From Blastocatellia bacterium (lineage in GTDB: Bacteria; Acidobacteriota; Blastocatellia; UBA7656): 48,568 nt of DNA. A program made the translations under genes and the position numbers. A model generated the notes under the pieces. The model did no database searches, was not told the DNA's origin, and saw only the letters and a program-made list of their open reading frames with translations. This document shows, piece after piece, positions 1-7,635 of the stretch (position 1 is its first letter; the number at the start of each line of letters is the position of its first letter). Location: assembly GCA_023265195.1 (NCBI GenBank), contig JAHFUG010000004.1, positions 1-48,568 on the forward strand, written 5' to 3'.

Positions 1-1309
1 GCAACTCATCCTCGACGTCGGCCTTTCGGCGCCGCAGCATGAACGGCTTGATTCGCGCGTGCAAATGGTCGAGATTGCGATAACCGCATGGTCTCCCTCG
101 GTCGTCCAATTCGTAGAACTCGCGGTTGAAGCGGAACAGCGGCCCCAGGACCGAAGGATTCAGAAAGTCCATCAGTGAATGAAGCTCGTCGATCCGATTC
201 TCTATGGGAGTGCCGGTCAACACGAACGCATAGCGGCTGCGCAAGCGCTTGACTGCCTGAGCGGTTTTGGTGTCCCAGTTCTTGATTCGCTGAGCCTCGT
301 CGAGGATTATGACGTCCGGTTTGAGCGCCGCATTCACATCGAGCGCGTCGCGCAGAATCTGTTCATAATTGGCGATGGTGAAGAACTCTGGAGTCGAATA
401 GATCTGAAGCCTCTCCGCCCGCTTCCCGAAAACCAATCTATAGGGCAGCCGAATGAAAGTTTCGATCTGCTCTTCCCACTCCGTCTTCAATGAAGCGGGC
501 GTTACGACGAGAACGCGCGACGCCTTGCCCAGCCGATGGAGCAGCGCGCACGCGGCAATCGCTTGAACGGTCTTGCCCAATCCCATCTCATCGGCCAGCA
601 ATGCCCGCTCCTTAAAGGCCAGGTGGAGCATTCCTTCCCGCTGATAAGGATACAAAGGCATGAGCGTTTCTTGAGCGGGCCACTCTCCCGACCGAACTCG
701 CTGTTCGTATTCCCGCTGAAGCGATTTTCGCTCTTCGATTTGATGTTTCGCTTCAAGCCATGGCGCAACCTCTTGAGAAACTCGAAGCCCAGGAACCGGC
801 GATTTACTCAACACATCGAGAGCCTCTTCGGGAGCGCCGTTCAGTAGCGTTCCATCGTTCCTGAAGAGCCGCCGCAAAGGGCGAGGAATTTCAACTCCGT
901 CGTTTTCGATCCGCAGGGTTCCGGAAGCGTGATCGGGAACGATATCGACGCGAGGTGAATCGGCTTCTCGAGCTTTTCGAAAGAGGCGGCGAAAGCGGGC
1001 TTCGAGATAAAGCAGAGTAGCCTCTACGTGCTTGCACGTGCCGAGATCGTTGATTCTGAAATCCACGCAGGTGCAGGAGAACAATCGCCGGGAAAGACTC
1101 CTGATCTCGACGGTGTAAGCGAGGCCGCTGCCGGAACTCACGCGGAAATTGGAGAAGATTGGATGCTTCGGATCCAGGTTGGCGATTCGGAGCGACTCCG
1201 TTTGAGCCCTCAACCGGCGTCTGTTGATTTCATCGTCGTCAGTCGTCCTCCAATCATGCGAACCGGGAATATCTATCTTCAAATGAGCCGCGTCGGTCTT
1301 ACGAGCCAT
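1..1309 (-). CDS. SWIM zinc finger + SNF2-family helicase, N-terminal ~436 aa only (C-terminus lies beyond the left edge)
   Basis: Absent from the ORF track because no stop falls in-window. My own minus-strand translation from ATG 1309..1307 (GGAGG ~12 nt upstream) runs to position 1 without a stop. It gives CTCVDFRINDLGTCKHVEATLLYL (SWIM CxC..CxH), LYPYQREGMLHLAFKERALLADEMGLGKTVQAIA (helicase motif I), IILDEAQRIKNWDTKTAQAVKRL (motif II) and VLTGTPIENRIDELHSLMDFL (motif III). Confidence 0.85.
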   Translation of the reverse strand, partial: MARKTDAAHLKIDIPGSHDWRTTDDDEINRRRLRAQTESLRIANLDPKHPIFSNFRVSSGSGLAYTVEIRSLSRRLFSCTCVDFRINDLGTCKHVEATLLYLEARFRRLFRKAREADSPRVDIVPDHASGTLRIENDGVEIPRPLRRLFRNDGTLLNGAPEEALDVLSKSPVPGLRVSQEVAPWLEAKHQIEERKSLQREYEQRVRSGEWPAQETLMPLYPYQREGMLHLAFKERALLADEMGLGKTVQAIAACALLHRLGKASRVLVVTPASLKTEWEEQIETFIRLPYRLVFGKRAERLQIYSTPEFFTIANYEQILRDALDVNAALKPDVIILDEAQRIKNWDTKTAQAVKRLRSRYAFVLTGTPIENRIDELHSLMDFLNPSVLGPLFRFNREFYELDDRGRPCGYRNLDHLHARIKPFMLRRRKADVEDEL

Positions 1310-1930
1310 GCGAATGTCCGTCACCTCCCAGGAAAATCGAGTCTCGCTGCGTTTTGGATCCGATTATTGCGCTTGATCCCGTGTAGCTCTCTCTTACAAG
1401 AGCGAGATGATCGAGTGTAACTTTGAATCAGCGATGAGGAAAGCCCTAATCGCGCGATTCCAGTGTTAGTGTTGACTGTCCACGCGGACGGAGTAAACCT
1501 GAAGGACTCACGATCCGGCGGAATTGGCGATGGCGGCGTAAATTGTGTGCTGCCGAGAAAGAGTAGCTGGACGCGAGGAACCGCTCAAAGGGGCCCGCAT
1601 AAAGCGCAGCGGGGCGGAGCCGCAACAAGACTCCTCGGCCCTTCCGCGAAGCAAACCCGAAGAACCTTGTTTTTCTTGCGCGGGTTTCTTTGCGACCTTT
1701 GCGCCGGCTTTGCTTCTTTGCGAGAAACTCTTTTTTCCTGTCGTCACGATGACAAGAGTGACGATCCGCACGATACTGGCGAGTGCCGCCGAAGGGACAG
1801 CATCGCGGATATCCTTGCGGACTTTCTTCCTCTGACTGAAGACGGCTCATGGACGGTGATTGCATTTAGCGCCGCCTCAGTGGAAGAATATGCCCTCCCA
1901 CGAACGTTGCCGGGTTGAGAGGATGCAAAT

Positions 1931-2087
1931 ATGAACTGGGAATATAGGATTGCGATCGATCCGGGCCGTACTCGTTGGCAAGCCTGTCGTCAAAGGGACC
2001 CGGCTGGCTGTAGAGTTCATCATCGATCTACTCGCGCAGGGATGGTCCGATCAGCAGATTCTCGACACCTATCCCGGTCTAACTTAA
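1931..2087 (+). pseudogene. DUF433-family gene remnant (frameshifted and 3'-truncated)
   Basis: ATG 1931 gives MNWEYRIAIDPG. After one extra C near 1967 the +1 frame continues VLVGKPVVKGTRLAVEFIIDLLAQGWSDQQILDTYPGLT then TAA at 2085-2087. This fits the DUF433 pattern (IDP....GKP.I.GTR...ILD.LA.G.....IL..YP.LT) but lacks the usual C-terminal ..EDI.AAL.YA part. It abuts the repeat element starting at 2088. Confidence 0.55.
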
Positions 2088-2245
2088 CTAGCCAAGGGCT
2101 CCGCCCTTGATATCCCGAGTGCGGAGTGCGGAGTGCGGAGTGCGGAGTGCGGAGTGCGGAGTTCGGAGTTCGGAATGCCGGATCACGCGGTGGCCCTCGG
2201 GGGAAACGCGAACAGAATTCTCGTAACGATCTGCATAAACGACTA
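2088..2245 (+). repeat. Dispersed ~160-bp element, copy A (second copy at 30598..30763, same orientation)
   Basis: The flanks are near-identical between the two copies. The 5' part is CTAG(C/G)CAAGGG(G)CTCCGCCCTTGATATCCCGAGTG. The 3' part is GAATGCCGGATCACGCGGTGG(C/T)CCTCGGGGGAAACGCGAACAGAATTCTCGTAACGATC(T/G)GCATAAACG(A/G)CTA. A heptamer array lies in between. Confidence 0.9.
2117..2179 (+). repeat. Heptanucleotide tandem array inside copy A: 6 x GAGTGCG + 2 x GAGTTCG + degenerate GAATGCC
   Basis: Counted directly from the sequence, period 7 nt. Confidence 0.95.
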
Positions 2246-2267
2246 ATCAAATTAAGGAGAATCAACC

Positions 2268-2846
2268 ATGAGCATCGCAACACAACGTGGCGACACAGGG
2301 CAGACCAGCTTGATTGGAGGACCGCGGGTTCCCAAATCCGATCTTCGAGTAGAAAGCTACGGCGCTATAGATGAGTTAATCGCGCAGATGGGCTTTGCCC
2401 GCTCGATCTGCGAAGACGCCGAAGTGCGCGGCGTCGTCGAACGAATTCAGAAAGAACTCTTCGTGGTCAGTTCCGTCATCGCTACGGCGCCGGACGGCAA
2501 GCACAAGCCGCCCTCGGTGACGCAGGAGATGATCGACGCGCTCACGGCGCAGGTGCATAGCATTGAAGCAACGAAGGGCGTCGTGACCGACTGGTCACTG
2601 CCCGGCGGACACGCGCCGGCGGCCGCGCTGGATGTGGCGCGAACCGTTTGCCGCCGCGCCGAGCGTTGTCTCGTGCGATTATTCGAAAGGGATGGCGGCT
2701 TGACGCCGCAAAACGCGCTGGCTTACGTGAACCGTCTGTCCGATCTGCTCTGGCTGTTGGGTCGATTGCTCGAAGTGCGAGCCGGCGTAGACTCGCGGCT
2801 CCGCGATGAGGCGCACGCGGGCAAGAATTGGTCAAAAGCGTGGTAG
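2268..2846 (+). CDS. ATP:cob(I)alamin adenosyltransferase, PduO/MMAB type
   Basis: 192-aa ORF with AAGGAG 9 nt upstream. N-terminus TQRGDTGQTSLIGGPRVPKSDLRVESYGAIDELIAQMG matches the PduO-type signature (T..GD.G.TSL..G.RV.K....VEAYG..DEL). RLSDLLW lies near the C-terminus. Confidence 0.9.
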   Translation: MSIATQRGDTGQTSLIGGPRVPKSDLRVESYGAIDELIAQMGFARSICEDAEVRGVVERIQKELFVVSSVIATAPDGKHKPPSVTQEMIDALTAQVHSIEATKGVVTDWSLPGGHAPAAALDVARTVCRRAERCLVRLFERDGGLTPQNALAYVNRLSDLLWLLGRLLEVRAGVDSRLRDEAHAGKNWSKAW

Positions 2847-2850
2847 CGGA

Positions 2851-3075
2851 ATGAAACTTCGCAAGCTCTTGAGCCTGGCGTTCTCCGGCTTCCGCGAGCC
2901 GCAAGAGTGCGAGGGTTGCCGCCGGCCCTTCACCTGCGGGGCGTCCGTCACCGGATGCTGGTGTTTGAAGGTGAAGCTTGGCGAAGAAGCACGCGGGCGG
3001 CTGCGGGCGAAATACCGCCGCTGTTTGTGCCGCGCCTGTTTGGAGAACGCCGCGCAACAGCAGCCGGATCCATAG
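2851..3075 (+). CDS. Cysteine-rich CWC-family small protein
   Basis: Start taken at ATG 2851 (MKLRKLL), just after the upstream stop. Contains CEGCRRPFTCGASVTGCWCLKVKL plus CLCRAC, the C..C...F.CG.....CWC layout of the CWC family. Confidence 0.7.
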   Translation: MKLRKLLSLAFSGFREPQECEGCRRPFTCGASVTGCWCLKVKLGEEARGRLRAKYRRCLCRACLENAAQQQPDP

Positions 3076-3102
3076 GAGCGAGTTGTCGAGGATGAAACAC
3101 TT

Positions 3103-3972
3103 ATGAGTAGCGATCACGATTCCTACCCTCGCCGTATCGTCTGCCTGACCGAGGAGACGACCGAAACGCTGTACCTCCTCGGCGAGCAGGATCGGATCGT
3201 CGGCGTATCGGGTTACACCGTGAGGCCGCCGGAGGCGCGCCGCAAACCAAGGGTCTCGGCTTTCATCAACGCGAAGTTCGACAAGATACTCGACCTCAAA
3301 CCGGATCTTGTCTTCGCCTTTTCCGATTTGCAAGCCGGCATTGCCGCCGAGTTGATCAGGCGCGGCGTTAACGTTTTGACCTTCAACCAACGCAGCGTCG
3401 CGGAGATCTTGCGGATGATCCTGATCGTCGGCCGAATCGTCGGCCGCGAAGAGAAAGCCGTTGAACTGCTGATGCGTTTCCAAAAAGAACTCGACACCGT
3501 CAGGCAATCAGCCTCGCGGTTCTCGCATCGCCCGCGAGTATTCTTTGAAGAATGGCCCGATCCCTTGATTTCCGGTATTCACTGGGTGGAAGAGTTGATT
3601 GAAATCGCGGGCGGCGAATGCGTCTTTCCCGAACTGAGGCGTTGTCAGGCGGCCAAAGACCGGATTTTGAATCCCGCGGAGGTAATTGCCCGCGACCCCG
3701 AAGTCATAATCGCCTCGTGGTGCGGGCGCATGGTTAAGAAGGACCTCATTCGGAAGCGGGACGGCTGGCGAGACATCAGCGCCATTCGCGGCGATCAGAT
3801 ATACGAAGTGAAATCGGCCTATATACTTCAACCAGGACCGGCGGCGTTGACGGAAGGCGTGCGCCAGCTTCACGCGATTCTCGCCCGTGCGATGAGTCAG
3901 CGAGTTGATCCGTTGCTGCTGCCTGAGAGCAGGACGGACCCTGCTTTGGGCGTCACCGCCTCGGTCCGATGA
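3103..3972 (+). CDS. Cobalamin-binding protein, BtuF/TroA-like periplasmic-binding fold, apparently cytoplasmic (no signal peptide)
   Basis: 289-aa ORF. RIVCLTEETTETLYLLGEQDRIVGVSGY, LKPDLVFAFS and PEVIIASWCG are typical of BtuF-like class III binding proteins. The N-terminus MSSDHDSYPRR has no hydrophobic leader. Confidence 0.75.
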   Translation: MSSDHDSYPRRIVCLTEETTETLYLLGEQDRIVGVSGYTVRPPEARRKPRVSAFINAKFDKILDLKPDLVFAFSDLQAGIAAELIRRGVNVLTFNQRSVAEILRMILIVGRIVGREEKAVELLMRFQKELDTVRQSASRFSHRPRVFFEEWPDPLISGIHWVEELIEIAGGECVFPELRRCQAAKDRILNPAEVIARDPEVIIASWCGRMVKKDLIRKRDGWRDISAIRGDQIYEVKSAYILQPGPAALTEGVRQLHAILARAMSQRVDPLLLPESRTDPALGVTASVR

Positions 3973-4580
3973 GACGAAACTATATGAAGAGTTCAACGCC
4001 TGAGATTGCTCAAAGGGATGGACGATTGATTCTGCTTCTCGGCGGCGCCCGCGCCGGCAAGAGCGCCCACGCGTTGCGGCTCGCGCGAGAACACGCGGCA
4101 GAATCCAAAGGCGAAGTCAGTTTCATCGCGACCGCGCAGGCTCTCGATGAAGAAATGGCGGCGAGGATCGCGCGTCACCGGGCAGAGAGACCACCGCATT
4201 GGCTAACGATTGAAGAGCCTTACCGGCTCGATGAAGCGTTGCGGCAGGCCGGCGCGTGCTCAGTTGTAATCGTCGACTGTCTGACGCTATTAGTTTCCAA
4301 CTGGCTGCTGGCTTCTGATTCCGGTCTGGCCGAGGGCGAGCTTGGCCTGGTGATTGAAAGGGCTCTGGCGCTCGCTGGCGCCGGCGGACAGACCATCATC
4401 TGCGTGTCGAACGAAGTTGGCTTGGGACTGGTGCCTGAGACACCCTTGGGGCGCAAGTTTCGAGACTTGCTGGGAGGGGTCAATCAGCGATTCGCTCAGG
4501 CGGCCACGGAGGTTCATTTGTTGGTAGCGGGCCTCTCACTTCAATTGAAACCGGAAAGAGGCGGAGATAGTCAGCAGTAG
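3969..4580 (+). CDS. cobU: Adenosylcobinamide kinase / adenosylcobinamide-phosphate guanylyltransferase
   Basis: ATGA overlap with the upstream stop. P-loop LLLGGARAGKS, HRAERPPHWLTIEEP and VSNEVGLGLVPETPLGRKFRDLLGGVNQ are CobU/CobP hallmarks. Confidence 0.9.
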   Translation: MRRNYMKSSTPEIAQRDGRLILLLGGARAGKSAHALRLAREHAAESKGEVSFIATAQALDEEMAARIARHRAERPPHWLTIEEPYRLDEALRQAGACSVVIVDCLTLLVSNWLLASDSGLAEGELGLVIERALALAGAGGQTIICVSNEVGLGLVPETPLGRKFRDLLGGVNQRFAQAATEVHLLVAGLSLQLKPERGGDSQQ

Positions 4581-4748
4581 CATTGCGTACTGGCATTAAC
4601 TTAGCGGCTTATGGAAATAAGAACGACAACAAGTTGGTTCCTAAATCTAAAAGCCTATGAGCAAACGGCCCAGCGCGTCGTCGAGGTTCAAACGCATGCT
4701 CACCGGACTAGTCCAAAAGCTCAGCGCTGACGGCTGAAAGCTGATCGC

Positions 4749-4821
4749 GCTTTTTCGCAGACTGCGCGGGGGAATCGGTTGCCCGAAGGGCCACTTTTTG
4801 AAGCGCAGTCTGCGAAAAAGC
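4749..4821. repeat. Perfect 19-bp inverted repeat (GCTTTTTCGCAGACTGCGC / GCGCAGTCTGCGAAAAAGC) with a 35-nt spacer
   Basis: Arms at 4749-4767 and 4803-4821, read directly. Lies in the 257-nt gap between cobU and the metallophosphoesterase gene. Confidence 0.9.
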
Positions 4822-4849
4822 CTAGCCACTTATACAAATGGAGGCAGTT

Positions 4850-6271
4850 ATGTACAAAAAGAACGCGCCCGATCGCGGCTGGCTTTTTCTACTCCACGCG
4901 AGTCTAGCCATTGTGCTTTTAGTTTTTGCGTCCGAGGTTAAGGCGCAAAGTTCCGCAAAGACGGTTCTGAAAGTAGGAGTCATCGGGGATCAAACGGGCT
5001 CGGCCGATATCGATAAGTCGTACGATGTTCTTAGGCGCGGAGTCGATATCCTGTCTAAAGAGAACGTCAAATGCGTGTTGCATACGGGTGATCTGGTGGA
5101 AAGCAACGTCTCTCCGGAGAAATACCGAGCGCGGTTTGATGAAGCGGCCGCGCTGCTCGACCATCTAGGAAAGCCGTGGAGTCTCGCGCCGGGTGATCAT
5201 GACGTAAATCCTCCTTTTCCTCCCTTCGTGCCGGACTCGGCCGACCGGTCGCGTGAAAAGCTGTTTTATGAGCTCTACCGGCGCCGCGTTCCACATCTCA
5301 CGACGACTCTGAACCACAGCTTTGATATTGACGGCTACCACTTCATCGCATTGAATTCGCAGGAGCATCTATCGACCGACCCTCGTTGGGGCGATATCTT
5401 TCTAAACAAGATTTCGGCCGATCAGATTACTTGGCTGAAGAACGATTTAGCGAAGAGCCATGCTTCCAAGGGCATTATCGTCTTCATCCATCAACCTATG
5501 TGGTACAACTGGTCCAATTGGACGCCGGTGCATGAGTTATTGCGGAGCCACCGGGCGCTTGCCGTAATAGCGGGACATTTCCATTACGACCAGGATGAAG
5601 GAGAGATTGACGGCATTCGCTACTTCGTCGTGGGAGCGGCGGGCGGCAGTGTCAAGCAGGCCAGCCGAGACGCCGGCAACGTTCAACACGTCACCGTAGT
5701 AACGATACAGGGACGCAAGGTCGGCTTCCGTCTTATACCCATTGACGGCGCGGAGCCGCTACACGCTACTCCCCGCGCCGATATGGACCGCGTACAAGCG
5801 ATTGATGTGCTATTGGGCGAGCTCTTTGGCTTCGGTTCCGATAATTCCGTCTGCGTTAAAGACAATCACCTATTCAATCAGAATATGGGACCGGCCAAAT
5901 TGTCCTTGATCCCGGTCGGGAATCCGATCGACCAGCCCGTCAAACTGAGTCTCCAACTGCTGAGCGACAAGATCGATCTCAGGAACTCTCAGTTCATGCC
6001 GGGCGCGTGTCAGCAAGTGACGCCGGACGGCCAGTGCATTTTGGCGCCTGGAACGCGAGTGGAATCATCCAATAATTCGCTGGTCGTGCTGAACAACCGG
6101 TTCGCGCCCTTGCCACCTGTCTGGGAATCCGGGTTGGATGTAAAACCGGGCAGTACCGTCGCGCCGGGTGACGCGATTCAGTTGCGCGTCCGGTTGTCAT
6201 TTGAGGGCGTGCAAGGCCGGCATTTCGTCGAGGGGACCGCGGCGGTCACCATAAAAGCGTGCTCGCCATAG
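4850..6271 (+). CDS. Secreted calcineurin-like metallophosphoesterase
   Basis: Start preferred at ATG 4850 (GGAGG 5 nt upstream) rather than the track start 4838. Has a signal-like LFLLHASLAIVLLVFASEVKAQ. Phosphoesterase motifs present: GDQTG, HTGDLVE, GDHD, FIHQP, GHFHYD. Confidence 0.85.
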   Translation: MYKKNAPDRGWLFLLHASLAIVLLVFASEVKAQSSAKTVLKVGVIGDQTGSADIDKSYDVLRRGVDILSKENVKCVLHTGDLVESNVSPEKYRARFDEAAALLDHLGKPWSLAPGDHDVNPPFPPFVPDSADRSREKLFYELYRRRVPHLTTTLNHSFDIDGYHFIALNSQEHLSTDPRWGDIFLNKISADQITWLKNDLAKSHASKGIIVFIHQPMWYNWSNWTPVHELLRSHRALAVIAGHFHYDQDEGEIDGIRYFVVGAAGGSVKQASRDAGNVQHVTVVTIQGRKVGFRLIPIDGAEPLHATPRADMDRVQAIDVLLGELFGFGSDNSVCVKDNHLFNQNMGPAKLSLIPVGNPIDQPVKLSLQLLSDKIDLRNSQFMPGACQQVTPDGQCILAPGTRVESSNNSLVVLNNRFAPLPPVWESGLDVKPGSTVAPGDAIQLRVRLSFEGVQGRHFVEGTAAVTIKACSP

Positions 6272-6840
6272 ACACTCTATAAGCTCAAATTCAAGAAGCC
6301 TTCGACGTAAAACTGATACACGGCGTTGCCATTCATTGGGCGTGGTCGAGAGTTTGGTGGCTCGTCTCCATTGCTCGGCCTCTCGCTTCAATGGCGGTCT
6401 CGCCGCGCCGCACTCGGTGTTACTCGGATCCAGCCTTTTATCGCAACCGATCCTGTAATAATAAAACCTGACCTTCCGTCACCTCGGTGGCCATCATTAG
6501 TCATTGACGTCGAGCATGACTCTCAGGATTTTCTGCCCTGATGAAGACTCAGTTCGCTTCTTCGGTTCATTAAGGTCTTATGCAGGCGGTGGCGCGCCAA
6601 TAGGATTCGGAGCCTGCAATCCTCTATATTCACGAGTCAGGTCTGGCTTGACGAAGCCACACAAATAATTGAAAGATTTCCAGCTACTGTGGGACAAGTT
6701 AACCAGACCATTATTCGTCCGTCGAACGAATCGGCTTGGAACTCTTGTTCGAGAGCGCCCCATTGGGCGAGAGTTCCGCGGTTTATTCGAGCCGCCGGGG
6801 TTCATTAGTTATAGCGCGAACGGAATAACGCGGCGACAAT

Positions 6841-7635
6841 ATGAGAAACCCACCAGAAGAGTTTAGCGAGGAAGAAAAGCGCGGTCTGTATCGAGCTATC
6901 TACGAGCGGCGTGACGTGCGTTCTCAGTTCAGGCCCGACGCAATTCCCCCCGCGGTGGTTGCGCGATTGCTGTCGGCGGCGCACCACGCGGCGTCGGTTG
7001 GCTTCATGCAGCCGTGGGATTTCATCATTATTGAAAACCTGGCGCTCAGACAAAAGGTGAAAGCGCTTTTCGAGCGAGAGAACGATCGCGCCGCAGCTAA
7101 CTATGACGGTGAGCGTGAGTTGCTCTACCGTTCTCTCAAGCTGGAGGCAATTCTTGAAAGCCCGCTCAACCTGTGCGTAACCTGCGATCGTACTCGCGGC
7201 GGCCAGCACGTTTTAGGCCGCAATACCGTGGTTGAAACCGATTTGTTCAGCGCTTGCCTGGCCGTGCAAAACCTGTGGCTCGCGGCTCGCTCCGAAGGGA
7301 TTGGCGTGGGGTGGGTGAGCATAGTCGATCAAGCGGAGTTAGCCCAATTGCTCGGTCTGCCCGGGCACGTGTACCCCCTCGCATACCTCTGTATTGGATA
7401 TGCCAGCGAGTTTCTTTCGGCGCCGGAGCTGGAGTTGAAAGGCTGGCAATCGCGCGTACCGCTTCTTACCCTTGTCCATCGCGATCACTGGGGCGCGGCA
7501 ATTCTGGACCGGGAGCTCGCGGCGGCCATCCTGGCAGTCGAAGAAGCCGCCGCGCCGCTTGAATTCAATAGTGCATGTGGCCGCACGGAGGAAGAAATTG
7601 AGAAACCGAATCGAGGCGGCCTGCCGCCTCATTAG
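6841..7635 (+). CDS. bluB: 5,6-dimethylbenzimidazole synthase (nitroreductase fold)
   Basis: EEEKRGLYRAIYERRDVRSQFRPDAIPPAVVARLLSAAHHAASVGFMQPWDFIII and GIGVGWVSI match BluB. About 35 extra C-terminal residues compared with the ~225-230 aa I remember for BluB. Confidence 0.85.
   Translation: MRNPPEEFSEEEKRGLYRAIYERRDVRSQFRPDAIPPAVVARLLSAAHHAASVGFMQPWDFIIIENLALRQKVKALFERENDRAAANYDGERELLYRSLKLEAILESPLNLCVTCDRTRGGQHVLGRNTVVETDLFSACLAVQNLWLAARSEGIGVGWVSIVDQAELAQLLGLPGHVYPLAYLCIGYASEFLSAPELELKGWQSRVPLLTLVHRDHWGAAILDRELAAAILAVEEAAAPLEFNSACGRTEEEIEKPNRGGLPPH

Noticed and set aside
1446-1918. Overlapping ORFs on both strands (139, 151, 96 and 87 aa)
   Set aside because: They are low-complexity Arg/Lys/Ser-rich translations running through REP-like CTTTGCG repeats. 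No start context or motif supports them, so the region is left as intergenic upstream of the SNF2 gene.
2117-2179. Heptamer arrays (also 30628..30697) considered as CRISPR or as coding repeats
   Set aside because: The period is 7 nt with no spacers, so this is not CRISPR. The ORFs crossing them (RSAECGV.., EFGVRSS..) are translation artefacts of the repeat.
2159-2179. Resemblance of GAGTTCG-GAATGCC to the tRNA T-arm GGGAGTTCGAATCTC (tRNA-derived SINE idea)
   Set aside because: Only ~10 nt are similar, no other tRNA-like arms are present, and the match is too short to mean anything.
2542-3507. 321-aa minus-strand ORF
   Set aside because: It is antisense to three well-supported + strand genes (PduO-type, CWC, BtuF-like). 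It is Arg/Ala/Pro-rich with no motifs, a typical high-GC shadow ORF.
6197-6391. 64-aa minus-strand ORF and other small ORFs in the 6272-6840 gap
   Set aside because: It overlaps the 3' end of the phosphoesterase gene, has a TTG start without an SD and is Arg-rich. The other small ORFs in the gap have equally poor composition.
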